DNA of 63,208 bases, filler included, from Rhabdomonas costata (GCA_019059605.1; 28 parts of 28 records of this genome joined end to end with filler, not necessarily neighbours in it), one strand, 5' to 3'; shown: positions 39,014-54,026, counted from the first letter of the whole stretch. The notes: generated by a model from the letters alone, not told the origin. Made by a program: numbers and translations.

Positions 39014-40605
39014 CGGAGCAGCCTGATAAAATAAAAGTCCCGTAGTCAGTGTTGCATCTCACGGTGGGGGTCCCACCATAGCCTGGAGCACAGGACAGCC
39101 CATTACAGCTTCCAGCGTACACGTACAGTCCAGCGTACAAGGAGCCACAGCCGCTTCCGGAATAACTGTAACCCAGCGGCAGCCGCAGGCTGGGCAAGGC
39201 GCACAACATTGCTGTGGGAATATGCCGCGGAGGAAAACTAGAAAGGATCTCCTGACCGGATGATCACCCAAAACAGCAGACATATCACCGCTTTCAAAAG
39301 AGGCTATCCGTACGGAAAAAGAATGCCCTCGGTAGCCCACGCAGCAGTGGCTGTCAAAAGCAACCGGGTGTGAACTGACTTCCTTCTGAAGGCCGTGAAA
39401 ACGGTGGAAAGAAGTTGAACGCTTCGGCCGACCATTACATTTGAAAAGTTGAGCTACACGTGTGACAAAACTCGACCTAGAAAGGGGGTCACCCATTGAA
39501 TGGACCCAAAGACATTTCCAGTTCCCCAAAGGTTCTTCAGTTTCTGGCATTCTCCAGGTTTTCCAAATTGTAACTGGCGATTGCCAAGGGATAACGCACA
39601 TATACAGCCTATTACATGTAAAGTTAAATTACAAGACGGGTTTTTCAGCCTGACTACGTCCTCGTTTGTTGGCATTGAAGCGATCATGATTTTTTTGTAA
39701 TTTTTTAGATCATGTCTGGACCATACTAATTCGGCCCCCATTCCAACATCTGCTGGTGCCACCGCTGCACACAGTGCTAGTGGACCGTAGCTTCGGGATC
39801 AAATGGAGGAACATTCCCGTTTGCAAAAGCAGGTCAACCACCCCAGCACAGCAGTCCGTCGATAAACACGGAGAACTGGTACAGGCTCTGTTCCGCATCC
39901 AAACTCGTGCCATGCTGGTACATGTCGACGAGGCGAAGTTGCAGCACAGCTGAGCTGAGAAAAGAAAAGGACAACACCTTCGGGGGTTTGTGTAGTCGTT
40001 GTTGGGTGTCAAGTGTGATACTCACGTAACGCAGTGGGTGACGTGGAGCTGGTATCCTTGGATATGACACCTGTGAGATGAATGTGTAACCAGAGCCTAC
40101 AGACTGGCTTGGCGCCCTCGCTCGCTCATAGCCATCGTAATGCTGCCTGCAAAAGAAACTCTGCAAGTAGCTCGGACCTCAGGACAACGGATTGTCGGTC
40201 ACAAAAGATAAAATCGCAAATCTGCAACACCAGCCCCAACCTTAACGCGACCACCCAACTTCGTTCGCCGAACTGAAAAGGAAACAAAGAAAGCGATAAA
40301 AACCGTTGAAGGTGTTGCTGGAAAAGTTGCTGCTGGGAAGCAGCGGAAACACGGCTTGCAGTGCAGAGGAGCTGAAGGAGACGGAGTTTCCCTGCAAGCT
40401 GCCACTGCTGATGGTCCCCGTAGAAGACAAACTGCTACAGATGGTATTGCTGTAAAACTCCAAGTCGGATACCGAGCTGAGAAAGTTGAGCGCAACGCCC
40501 GAGGGAAAGGAGTTGCTGTACACGGAAAACGATAGGAAGGTGCCACTGGACCGGGAGAAGGTGAGTGTGGGAGTAGAGCTTCCCGTGAAGCTCTACCCCC
40601 ACCCC
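39014..40605 (-). CDS. Cys/Ser-rich modular secreted-type protein; exons at about 40605-40305, about 39955-39841 and 39211-39014
   Basis: Ser-rich exon; C..SPCLSTDCC module; phase-1 exon CALPS...LSCAPGYGGTPTVRC...FILSGCS. Confidence 0.55.
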
Positions 40606-40803
40606 NNNNNNNNNNNNNNNNNNNNNNNNNNNNNNNNNNNNNNNNNNNNTTAATTAATTAANNNNNNNNNNNNNNNNNNNNNNNNNNNNNNNNNNNNNNN
40701 NNNNNGTTGTTGTTTCCATTAAGAGCAGCTGACAAGAGATATGAGAAAACCCAATGTCAAATGGAATGCGATCATAAATCTCTCGTGTGCCTGTGTATCG
40801 CAG

Positions 40804-41967
40804 AGGTCTCTGTGCTGCCGGTCATCACACATTACGACCAGGTCAAGACCGAGGCCAAGCTGAAGGCAGAGGCTGATCGCTGCGCGGCCGCCTTTAACAC
40901 TGTCCCGGTACTCCTGCGCGCACGCCAAGTGAATTTGCAGATGTATGTTTTCCAAGCCAGTTTGGCTTCGCTGTCGGCAGGCTGCCAGATGTCAATGTGT
41001 TTTTACTCACTAGGGAAAGTAAAGTGGTTGGTTTGAGCACGGGATGATCATAAGACGGGATGATGCAACCCCAGCTGAGTGAGGTATGAATGCGGATTCC
41101 GCGTGCCGATGTCGATGAAGCCCATTGCGCATTGAGTAAGGGCGCCCTATTCTGGGATTTGGGTAACCCCGTGTTTTGAACCGAAGCATAACACTGTCCC
41201 CCAGCAATCTGCGCGGAACTTTCTCTCTCTCTCCAACAGATCGTTTTTTTTCCTTTCGCAGTCACACTCTCGGACAGCTTTAGAGGGTTGTACACCTTGT
41301 TTAGGTTGGAGATGGATTTGAGGCGGTTTTCACGATTCGGTTCGAAATCTCACACCGTGGTCAAAAGGCTCTTATTCCCCAGCGTAAGTTATCTTCAGGA
41401 CAAGAGGTTAGGATAACGACACCACTGAACAATGGTCCGTGTCGTTGATACATGATATTTCCTTTGGGATGATGTGGACGAGTTGGCGCTGGGGGGGGGG
41501 GTTCAAGGAAAGAAGCAAAATAATGTCTGCACAATGAAATTTGCAAACGCTACCCCACAGGTTTGCCTGGCCAACCTCAGTGCCCTGCGGCTGACTCCCT
41601 TCAACGCCACCTCTGAGGAGCTCGCCAGGCAGCAGGTAATTTGAGAACCGCGGAGGTCAGGGAGGCATGATTCTTTGTGCCCCACAGCTCTCCTTTCTCG
41701 TTGGATGGACGTACCGCATTTGTGCAATTGCCCTAAAGGTTTTTCGGTATTCAGGCGCTCCGTTGCTGGATGTCCTTGCATGGTCTCGTATTTGGACTCC
41801 ATTCTGTGGTTGCCTTACAGCGGCTGGTGGAGTTCACAAAGGAGACGGTGGTCTCGCTGGTGTCCCAGATCATGCTGTGTGGGCAGCAGCATCACATGTA
41901 CAAAAAGTATGACATCACTCGCCCCCTGCACCTTAACTCCTCCTCGGCGGACTGCAGCATAATGTGA
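40804..41967 (+). CDS. C-terminal part of a CAAX-ending protein, possibly P-loop GTPase-like; exons 40804-40907, 41561-41635, 41821-41967
   Basis: In-phase GT-AG exons; LPVITHYD (G4-like); ends CSIM*. Confidence 0.6.
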
Positions 41968-43199
41968 GCTCGTCACGTTCCGGACTGGAAGCGAGAAGGA
42001 GGGAAGGGGGGTTCAGCAGACACTGAGCCCCCTCCCGCTTCAGGGGAGGAGGGGACCGTAGAGCAGAGCGAATGCGACTCTGCTTTCTGCTTCTGTCCTT
42101 CTTCCCCAAGGGGCCTTCCTGTATGCAATGCGGGTTTTGAAAGGAAGAGAAAAGCTGCGTGTGCAGTGGTTGTCATGCGATGTCATGTGATCTGTACGTG
42201 TTGCCGTTTGTTGCCCCGCGCGCATTGATGCGGATTGTGGGGTGGCCGGGAACGGCTGTGGGAACAGCAGTGGGACACCCCCTGTGGGCTCGATCTCCCG
42301 CCGTTCCCTTCCTTTTGTGTTTTGGTTTACTGCCTCAGCTCCCACCCACCCCGCTGGGGGGCTCCCCCTCCCCCCAGCTGAGTGTGTGTGGTCCTGTCCT
42401 CTCCCACACTTTCTCTGTTGGGATAACCCCCCCAGGGGGGGCTTCCCACCTAAGGCTATTGTTTCTTAATCCTCAGAGCGGAAAATGGCTCTCCAGTCCA
42501 GGCTGATGCGTGCGTGTACGCGCGCTAGTATTGGGAATCACATACAAAAAACGAGGGAAAGGTCTTTGCCTTTTTGGGAGGGGCTCTGAAAGAGGAACGG
42601 CGGGTTTTCATTCGACGTCCACTGCGGGGTTTGTGTGAAGAGGGTAAGGTCATCAGCGCCATTCCCAGGCCTACCGGTCTGCCCCTCAATCCACTTACTC
42701 ACCGACACAGGCACATCCACCTACCACCTTCCCACATGTGAGCACTTTGCGCGGTGTCAATAGTTAATGTATTTTTTGAGTGACTGTGTGGAGAAATATG
42801 AAGGCTTCTCGGCCCTTATGCTCATTGGGACAAACCCCGCCTCCCGCCCACCCCCCAACCAAACAANNNNNNNNNNNNNNNNNNNNNNNNNNNNNNNNNN
42901 NNNNNNNNNNTTAATTAATTAANNNNNNNNNNNNNNNNNNNNNNNNNNNNNNNNNNNNNNNNNNNNGGGTGGTGTGGGGTTTGCTTCAACTCTGTTTGTG
43001 CGAACATACCATCCGAATCAAGGCATCTTCTTCACGGTTAAATATTTTTTTTTGCCAATTTGATTTGCAACCACCGACACTCCCTTTACAGACAGTCAGG
43101 GGGCTGTTGTCTCGAAGAATTTTTTTCTTCTGTGAAACAGCCCCTTGTCATCGCAACGTTCTGCACAGTACACTTGGTGCCATCAAAATCGTATCAGTG

Positions 43200-44720
43200 C
43201 AAACGCGGTGAAAAGCCACCGCCCGGATTGCCAGCTCACGAGGCTGCAGGAGGGCGCTTGCGGCGCACAGTCTTAATTCTCCAGCTGTCCATGTCTGCGT
43301 AAGAAAAGCGAATGAAGAGAGCGAGCAAGTCAGTGGTAAATAGAGGTTGGTTTTGATAGAAAACGGCAATAACGTAGGCACCAAAGCATAAAGACGACTA
43401 ATCGCAGATGAATGAGCAAAACACAGCACAAAATACCCAGCTCCGAGTCAGACGCCTCCTCGGAGTCCGAGCCAGAAGCTGGCGCACCAGAAGCGGCACC
43501 GGGTAAGGCTGCAGTGGCTTGGGCAAATTTGCCTGTGTCTGAGCCAGTGTCGGCCCCGGCAGCTAAGGATAATGCCGGGCTTCTCGAGGAAGAGTTCTGA
43601 AGCCGATGGCGTTGGGTACTCTCCAGAGTCAGCCGCACCTTTTCCAACCACTGGTGGGACTGCCTGGAAAGGAAAAACATCACCACCAAAACACCATGTC
43701 CTCCCGAAAAGGTGATCACAGGAGGAAGAAGGCAGTAGGGCATACGCCATCTGCATGCACTCGTCCATTTCGCGGTGCATGTTCCATTGCTCGGCTTGCT
43801 GCTGGTCCTTTTCAATGACCGCGTCCACGGCCTCGGCAATCTCTTGGTGGAGCAGCCTCATCTCATCTCTTTTCCACAGGAACAAAAATCCACATTAAGA
43901 GCAAAACAGGCGATACTTAAATATACCAGGAATTGCTACTTGGCTTCCCATCTGTGACCCCCAGCAAGGACATAGATGTGCAGAGGATTTGGGTGAGAAG
44001 CTTCTTAATAATTTTGTTGTGTCAGCAGACACCCTCTGTGTGAAGGCAGACCTAGATTTGCGGTAAGTTTTGTGCAGTAGATTTTGTGCTTTGCTTGTGG
44101 AATGGGACACAAAGGTCAATCCAAAAGAAATTCACACACGTAGATGCCCATGCACCTCATGCGGTTCTGCATCTCCTGGGCCTGATCGCGAGCGTGAGCG
44201 TCCTTCTTCTGGTCGTCGAAGAAGCCTTCCGGAATGGCAGAGGCACTTGTCCCTGTAAAACAAAGCATTTCGGAACGAGTCAAATTTGCAGAACTTCAAG
44301 AAACTCGAAGAAAAATTACAATCTTAACATGGGGTATGGAAAGGTTGAGACATAATACCTGATGTGGGCTTTTTCTTCGCAGGCTTGGCCTGGGCTTTCT
44401 GGGCCCCAGCACAGGTGTTGGCCGCTTTGCTCGCCAAAGCTGCGGACTTAGATCCACCGTCCTCCTGCGGCATCATTGCCGGGCGAGCACCTCCTTCACT
44501 GACTATCTCGGAGCCTTTTGCAGCCACGGAAGAGGAAGAAATTGCAGCAGTGCTTCCACCAGAGGGGAGCCGGGGGGCAGGAGCGAGAAACTCCGTGGGG
44601 CTCTTTTGCTCCTCCTCTGGCGAAGAGTCGAAGAACCCAGCGCTGAGCAGCTGCTGGCGGGTGCTTTCGAGGTGCTGCTGGGCTGCTGAGGCAGCGGCTG
44701 AGGCACTGCGCCGCACACCA
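43200..44720 (-). CDS. Multi-exon hypothetical protein (low-complexity/coiled-coil)
   Basis: Several AG/GT-bounded GC-rich blocks (about 44720-44357, 44255-44157, 43870-43746, 43662-43437). Confidence 0.45.
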
Positions 44721-46085
44721 CCCCTCCCGTTTCACAGAAGCATTACTCAGCTGCTCACTGCACAATCGAGCGGTTGCAGCCAATGAAATCAATATGAATG
44801 TTCGCCGTTTTACTTGTTGCGGTGAGCTGAGACATTACGGCCCCGGGTGCCTGCAAGTTACATCGCACATGCAAAAAAACGCACATGCACATAAGGTTAT
44901 AAATTTTGGAAACGGAAGTTGACCAAGAAATACGGAGCGCTGGGATCGAAAAGAGGAGGCTAACGAGGACACAGCTACCGCGAGGGAGTGGCGGGCAGGC
45001 TGATCTTGCTGGCCTGGGCCTCCACTCGGAGCTTCTTGTGCCTCTGCAGCTGGTCCAGCAGGGGATCACTCCCACTCTTGACCCCCACCCCCCAAGCGTC
45101 GCGTTCACTCAGTTGCCACACCCAACANNNNNNNNNNNNNNNNNNNNNNNNNNNNNNNNNNNNNNNNNNNNTTAATTAATTAANNNNNNNNNNNNNNNNN
45201 NNNNNNNNNNNNNNNNNNNNNNNNNNNCACCACAGAGTGAGAAAGACACACTGTGAGGGAGGGATGATGATAGGATGCTGGGATGACCGCTGCCTCGAGG
45301 GGTGACGAAGGGGATGAAGTGACAATCCCACTTCCGAGGGGTGATGAAGGGTGTCAGAGGGGCATCTTCAACGCAAGAGCCACCTTACGCCTTCATCTTG
45401 GTAGAAATGCCCACTTGAAGGCCAAATGTCAACCCAAACCCTCACTCGGGGATTCCCTGTGGCTACGCCACGGTCGGAGTGAGCGCGAGCTAATGTGAAC
45501 GAAAAGACAATCATAGAAGATGTCTTCTTTGCGTTGTCACGACTCGCTGCGCTCGTCATTCCTCCTACTATCCCCTATTTACGACTGAAATGGAGAAATG
45601 CCCGCATGAGGGGTGAAGATGCTACTACTACGGCATGCGCTCGGTACCCTCGACATGCCTTCGTGACTCCCAAAGTGAGGGTATTGGCCCTGGCTACGCC
45701 AGGACGGAAGGAGCGACGTAGGAGCGAGTGGAGTGACACGTATACCTACTACGCATGACCTACTGCCATGCTTCGTGTATGTTGGGTTCTGAGGGCCCCA
45801 CGCATGCTGATGTCATGGGGATGATGGATGTTGATGGGATGATGGGTATGGGTGATGAAGGGCGACGATGCTGTGATCTCCTTCCCGTCTTGTGTATCGG
45901 TTGCTTGCACAAACCGAACCCATTGCACTCGTGCTGCAGGCTGTCTTGATGTGCTTTGTGGTGAGTTTGTTTCACTTCTAGTACCCCCAAAATGTTTAAG
46001 CCGTCCGGATCTTGTGAGGGAGTTTGTTTGTCGTTTATGGGAGAAATGCTTCGGGCATGTTTCTCACTCCAGGCTGAGGGGTCAG

Positions 46086-47204
46086 GGGGCCATACCTCGG
46101 AGTCCGCGCTTCGGGCCGCGGACTGCAACGCCATAAGCCTGTGCATGAGCCTGCGCAAAACCTTCCGCGCGTTGCGCATGATTGTCGCGCTGAACTGCAT
46201 GGACAGTGCCAGGCATGCTGCTGGGATGCAAGATTGTCAGCCTTTGCTGTCGTCCATTAGCCTCCCTTTCCGACGAGATTTTGTCCAGGTTCATTTGATC
46301 TTCAGTGCTTGAAAGGAACTTCTGTTGTGGCAATGGAGGCATACGCAAAGGTCTACATGGAAAATTATACAAAAATAGGTTTTTGCCGACTGGGGAGGTG
46401 ACCACTTCGATGCTTCCCCTGCAGCGCGGGATTTCGCGCTCGCAGGACAGTGGGGTACAGGTCGGGTCACCCTCGGACAGCTGCTACGTCACCCCGGCGT
46501 ATGCCATGGGCCTGGTGTACTCCGAGACCACCGCGGCCAAGCTGCTTTGCGTGCTGCACCACCAGCCTGCTGTGCTTCCGGTGGTCTTGGGCCTTCTAGG
46601 GGCCCCAGCGGTGCCTACAATTCGCCGCCGTTGTGCAGCGGTGTCCGGAGGATCTTCGTTTGTGCAGCTTTTGCCTGTGCCACGGAACCCCTCTGATCCA
46701 ACTCTTCCTCTGTACCCCACATACCACGAGCTTTTTGTGCACTTCCTGACGTCGACGCCCTCCGGGCTTCCGCTTGGCTTGTGGAGGTCTTCGACATTTT
46801 ATACCTCTGCTCCCAAAATGGAGAACAATACCGCGCCTGACGGGAAAGGTTTTTTTCCCACAGTAGCGCACGTTTTTGACGGAGGTTGGTGGTCAGGCTT
46901 GTGGTTCACTTTTCTGAAGGGCCTTGCGAAAAAGGACGAGGCCAAGTTGCGTTGGTCTGCCTCCAAGCGTCTCTGTGACGAATCTATGATACCCCTGCCC
47001 TCCCCACCTGTGCAATGGACTTCCGCAGTGCGCTTCGCTGTTCCCGTCTCTGCTTCGTCGCTGGGGAGTGGAGCATCGCTTCTTTCGGATGGCTCGGGAC
47101 CACATGTTGTCCTGGGCTTCCCTCTTTCCACAGCCAAGGTGCTTGCCCAGGACTGGGTCTACGTGTTCACCCCCGCCCCTTTCTCCAGCACCAAAATGCA
47201 GTGA
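46086..47204 (+). CDS. Hypothetical protein, exons at about 46086-46212 and 46424-47200
   Basis: Open frame of about 260 aa after ctgcag acceptor. Confidence 0.45.
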
Positions 47205-47529
47205 GTTATGGTGGCTGTCACACTTCCGTGTTTGCCGATGCCGCTGTACTGTTGTGCTTTTCGTGCCAATGTTGCTGCCAACAATCATACAATCCTTTGC
47301 CTGGCTGCCGTGTACCATCCCCTTGAAAGAGCATAAGTGTACCCCCACCGTGGGCAGCGCCACCAACAACCCCAACCACACCCAACACNNNNNNNNNNNN
47401 NNNNNNNNNNNNNNNNNNNNNNNNNNNNNNNNTTAATTAATTAANNNNNNNNNNNNNNNNNNNNNNNNNNNNNNNNNNNNNNNNNNNNCATGTTCACCAT
47501 GTTCACGGTGTGTGTGTCATCTCGTGCAG

Positions 47530-49337
<1,808 letters not shown>

Positions 49338-50023
49338 GTCCGTCCCCCCCACTCCCTCACTCTTCGCGCATATTTCGCCGGTAAGCTTGGCGCTCCACCA
49401 TTTGATGTTATCGCCAAAGTTAAAGCTTCGTTAGAGTTATATTGACCATTCACGGCCATCCACGTCTGCATCTGAGTTCTTGCCGTAATTTCAGCCTCCT
49501 TTTTTCGTCCCCTCTCTATTGAATTGATTGAATCTTGCGTAACTGCTCTTTCTGGTGCTTTTCTTGGGTGCTGGGAAAGCCGTCTGAAAAAAGGAAACAG
49601 AAAACCTGTATCTCAATGCTAATTCTGCTTCAGACTAAAAACCCCCCCNNNNNNNNNNNNNNNNNNNNNNNNNNNNNNNNNNNNNNNNNNNNTTAATTAA
49701 TTAANNNNNNNNNNNNNNNNNNNNNNNNNNNNNNNNNNNNNNNNNNNNAAACGTGCTGTGCTGGCAAAACTGAAGTACACTTTCCCAACGCAGGTCTGCC
49801 ACCCGTCCTTTTTTCCGTGCTAACCCAGAGTTGTTTAACCAGGAGTGAAAAGTTCGGGTTATCTTTTCAGCAAGACAAACACGCTTACCAAATGGCCATT
49901 TAGTTTGATCACCATTTGGACAACGCAGGTAAATAGCTGAGTGCAACGATATTTTTTTTTGCATTTGGTTTTGAATAATCGCGTCAAAAACGCAATGCTA
50001 GATTTTTCCCTCACTCCTTTTAG

Positions 50024-51372
50024 GAGGAGCTCGCGATTACACACGCGGAATTCCGCGATGTCGTGGCTCGCTTAAGGGGGCACCCACTGACTGCCGTGGC
50101 CTGCACCACTGTTGTCGATGGGGAGGTTTGCTTGCGTGTCGAAGTAGTGAAAGCGTATTTATGCACGGGGACGTCACCTTGACGACGAACACTTTGCTTT
50201 TTGCTGATCCTTCCCAGGTGCTCGTCAAGGTGCAGCTTTAATTTCTTTTTTCTAACTAGCTCTGGCCATCGTTTGGTCATGGTCAAAAAGACGTGTGCTG
50301 TACAATGCTGAGTGGGGCGGGTTAACAGTCGTTTTCTGGGAGTTTTTAGGGTATGTGAAAGTACCTCCGGGGCTTCTGTTTAAACGAGGATATATGCCCC
50401 GCAGATATTGCAAATTAAGCTAGGAAATTGTTTAAACATCCATCATGTGGAGAAGGGTTCTTGTGGATGTGGTTTTAGCTTTCGAAGTACAAGTTGTCAT
50501 CGGCGGTTCGAGACCCTGTTGAGCTTAAGGTGATCGAGAACCGCATTCACTCTTGTGAGTACTACCTTACCAGGGCGATCTTCCGAGCGGACTTGAACAG
50601 ACTGCTGCAAACCTGGAGGGTTTGTCTTTGCTTCGATTTCTGATATCAGTGTCCCGAATGTCCTTTGGAAAACACTGCCGCGTCACAAGCAGAATGGAAC
50701 GAGCGTTTTTCCTGCCGTTTTGGTATCTTGGGTGATTGTGGCCAGACCTGACCCCTAACCGTAACGGAGACCTTTGCCCCACGCATCCACTCTGGCAGAG
50801 GCAGTGTGATAAGACACGTGGCGAACAAGAAGACACGCTTCAGATAGTTTTTCTGACAATGTAGAGGGGGGAGGCGTCGCTGGACTGGGTGGGGATAGAT
50901 CAGGTGTATGTGATTGGGCACTGTCTGAGATTGGAGAGGTTGGATGGTTTTTGAGGGCCATTTCGGTGGGGTGACCCCGACGGCGAGAAACCGTTGCGTT
51001 GAATGACACAATGGTTCGGGGGAGGGGGGGGTGCACGCTGAATGCTGGAACCCCTTCCCTAGCTGGTCATTCTCCCATAACCGATGCAACTTTTGTTTTA
51101 TTATCTTTCTCAAGTCGTTTGATAAACCCAAGAACCGCTTCAATTCGCTGTGCCGACCACACCTTCGGATGCTTTCCATTTGCTTGCAGGCGTACTACGG
51201 TGAGGACAGTGAGTTTAGGAGAAGTTTGGATGCCGCCCTGGGCACTCTTCTTCCTCCAAGTTACGTGGATGATAACAAGTGGCGCCACCCCGCTGTGCTG
51301 AGAAAACCGGTCGGAGAGCATTCCCGGCACACCTCACCTTTTCTTGGAGGCTCCGAGGCCCCGGAGAAATGA
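50024..51372 (+). CDS. C-terminal degenerate GCN5-type bromodomain; exons at about 50024-50125, 50488-50619, 51190-51372
   Basis: LRGHPL..., VRDPVELKVIENRI..CEYYLTRAIFRADLNRLLQTWR|AYYGEDSEF follows the DPIDL..I..R...YY....F..D..R...N.R.YN..DT pattern. Confidence 0.7.
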
Positions 51373-51698
51373 TTGGGATGTAAGAGAGACGGTGCTTTAT
51401 TCTATTCCGAAGTATTGTTGTGTTGTTGAGGAACACTGTTGCTCGGCCTGGTTCCGTATAAAACTTACTGCGGGAAGCTTTTTGTTGGCTCTTCTGAGAC
51501 CTTCTTGCAAAAAAAAAAGCACAGTTTGCAGTGGCCACAGCACCTTTTTGCTCTTAGTGCTTATTTCAACGACCAACTCTCCCCCAGTTGATGGATAAGT
51601 TTCCCATTGTGGGGACCAAGGAATTGTGTATGAGGAAAGTGAGGACGTAGATCAAAACAGGCGGTTGTGGAGAATTTCTTAAAAATTAGTTCAAAATG

Positions 51699-51904
51699 GG
51701 TTTGAGCGTTCTGCCGCATGTCGTGCTGCAGGCTTTTTTTTTTTGAAGTTTGACGTGTTGCGCTCCTGAACTAGCAGAAATCGCAATCCCACTTGCGTTG
51801 TCAAAAAAGAGATGGCAACCCTATTAGCATCAGGAACCCCGAAGCCCGGAGGGAGCCCCAAGCCAGGCAAGCCTCTGCAGGACATGCGGCAGAACGCTCA
51901 AACC
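51699..51904. mobile_element. MITE-like element with 24-bp perfect terminal inverted repeats
   Basis: ggtttgagcgttctgccgcatgtc (51699-51722) / gacatgcggcagaacgctcaaacc (51881-51904). Confidence 0.6.
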
Positions 51905-52153
51905 AACANNNNNNNNNNNNNNNNNNNNNNNNNNNNNNNNNNNNNNNNNNNNTTAATTAATTAANNNNNNNNNNNNNNNNNNNNNNNNNNNNNNNNNNNN
52001 NNNNNNNNGGGGTTGGTTTTCGGTGCATTCGGTGCGTCGAATCTGCCTCTTTGCTCCGTGGGGCTATAATGGCGGTGCCGCTTGCTGCCCCTTGCATTTC
52101 TTTGCTGTGGAATTCCACCATGCCATGCTTTGGTTATGGACGTGGACTCACAG

Positions 52154-52253
52154 AGATTCCATTGACGCCCTCAAGGCAGGGTTTCGAGATGACGTGGATG
52201 ACGATAGCTGGAAGCTGGTGATCAAGCTGAAGAAGCAGCTGGCGATCGTCTGA
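52154..52253 (+). CDS. Exon of an unidentified protein (DSIDALKAGFRDDVDDDSWKLVIKLKKQLAIV)
   Basis: cacag acceptor, strongly coding-like codon usage. Confidence 0.4.
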
Positions 52254-53051
52254 GGAGAGAAGCTGGAAGGGGGGACCAGCGCCAGAAATGGTGGAGGATG
52301 AGTGAGGCATTGGGTTCTGATTGTGTTCGTGCGTGAGTTCTGAGTTCTCAGCTCTGAGGAGCTATCGCTCTTGTTGCGTATGTGCATCCGTGTCTGTGAA
52401 GGGCTTTGCCCCGAGTTCGTGCTTCAGTGGCCACAGTATATATTCCTGTCATCTGTGGCCACCTTGGCATCTCGGCCCAATTCAGTCGCCTTACACTTCT
52501 GCATTTTGCGTTTGTTTTGTTAGGCCCTCACTTATGTTGACCTCACAACGGGAGCTAGAGCGGCTCATTTTTGGGAATGGCAGGGACATTGTCTGCCCCC
52601 CTCGAAGCGATTTTGGCTCACCCGCATTTCAAATATTTGCACCCTTGCAGTTTGAGCCAACGCTTGCGGAAGGGGCGCCCATGTGAGTGGGAATATTTCC
52701 CCTTGTCGCTGCCTTTTAGGTGCCTTTCAGGGTCCCATTCAGGCCTTTTTCCCTTTAGATGGGCTGGTGAGTGGACAGAGGCCACACATGAAACTCTTTC
52801 CGTGTGTTTCGCAAATAACGGTGTGTCGTGGTCGGACTTGTGGGAATGCAGGACGCTTACAGTTACCCTAACCCCGTCCCCCTTCGTTCGATAACATTTC
52901 TGGAAAGATGTGTTGGGTTGGCTCGCTACCATGTCTCACTTCTTCTTTTTTTCACAAAGAGACGACCCGCCAGGAGCTTATCTTTTCTCCTGCTTGTCTC
53001 TCTGCTTTTTTGTTTTCCTCTCCGTCCGGGTTTTTATCCGCTTTTTCCAAG

Positions 53052-54026
53052 GCAGAATGTTTCGCAGCTCAGGTGGGCCTCTGCGGATTGTGAAGGTGGT
53101 GATGCGTCGGGTCTTCAAGCCCAAAACGCTGGGCAAGGAGGGCTTCGATGCCTTGATCAAGATGAAGTATGGTGGCAGTATACGGGGGTTGCTGAGTTTT
53201 TGATTTTTCCGAGCTGCGTGCTCCTGTGCGAAACTTAAGTCGAAGGCTTCTCTCTCGTCTGTAAATCCGTTGGTGAGAGGAAAAGTCTCCAGGAGCACCG
53301 GCGAAATACCGAAGAAGTTCGACGATCACTGGTTCCTCCTTGTTGCTGGCAGCCAAGCGAAGTGCCATTGTTCCTTCGCTCCTTTCTTTTGTGATTCTTT
53401 CGTGCACTGTCAGCGCTCCCTTGCAGCTGCCCCTTCTCCGCCTCGATGTCGTACCCCGCATAGTAATCCACTGGATGAGTGGGGTTGCGTCAGGTTCGGC
53501 AAGGTTTCTGGAGTTGGGGACACCGCTTGACAAAGTGCTATTCCCCTCCATTTTCATGCTGTTGTGCTCGCGGGTTTCAGGCAGCTCACGGTGACGCACC
53601 CAGGGTTTCTGAGCTCTGAGGTCAACGTCAACGGTGTGTTGCGGCCCCTCATAAGGGAGGGGAGGGGGCTCCAGACGCGAGAAAATTTGAGTTGACTGAA
53701 ATCCTTATTAACCGCACAGAATTAAGGGAACGTCCTCCCGTCCTCCCCATCTCTGCCTGATCGAAACCCTGTGAGCACTGCCCCCTTCGGCTGTGCGCTG
53801 CACATCCTCGAATAAGGGAACCCATAACCCATAAGCCAAAACGCATACACCAAGAAATATCCAGACGTTCGAAGCAAATCCTTATTGAACCCTCAGATCC
53901 CTGGAAACCCTCCTGATCTCCCAACTTTCAACCTGTCCCAGAGCGGACGCCCATGTCCTGCTCTGCGTGCATATCCTCTTCTTTGCTCTTTTCAGTTGAG
54001 GACTACCATGATCAGCTCATCATCAC
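53052..54026 (+). CDS. ABM (antibiotic biosynthesis monooxygenase-like, dimeric alpha/beta barrel) domain; exons 53052-53166, 53581-53633, 53996-54026
   Basis: Spliced in phase: IVKVVMRRVFKPKTLGKEGFDALIKMKQLTVTHPGFLSSEVNVNVEDYHDQLIIT, with the ABM PG[FY]xS motif. Confidence 0.65.

Noticed and set aside
42803-42822. gcttctcggccctt resembling the U2 snRNA 5' end
   Set aside because: No branch-point-binding GTGTAGTA or Sm site follows
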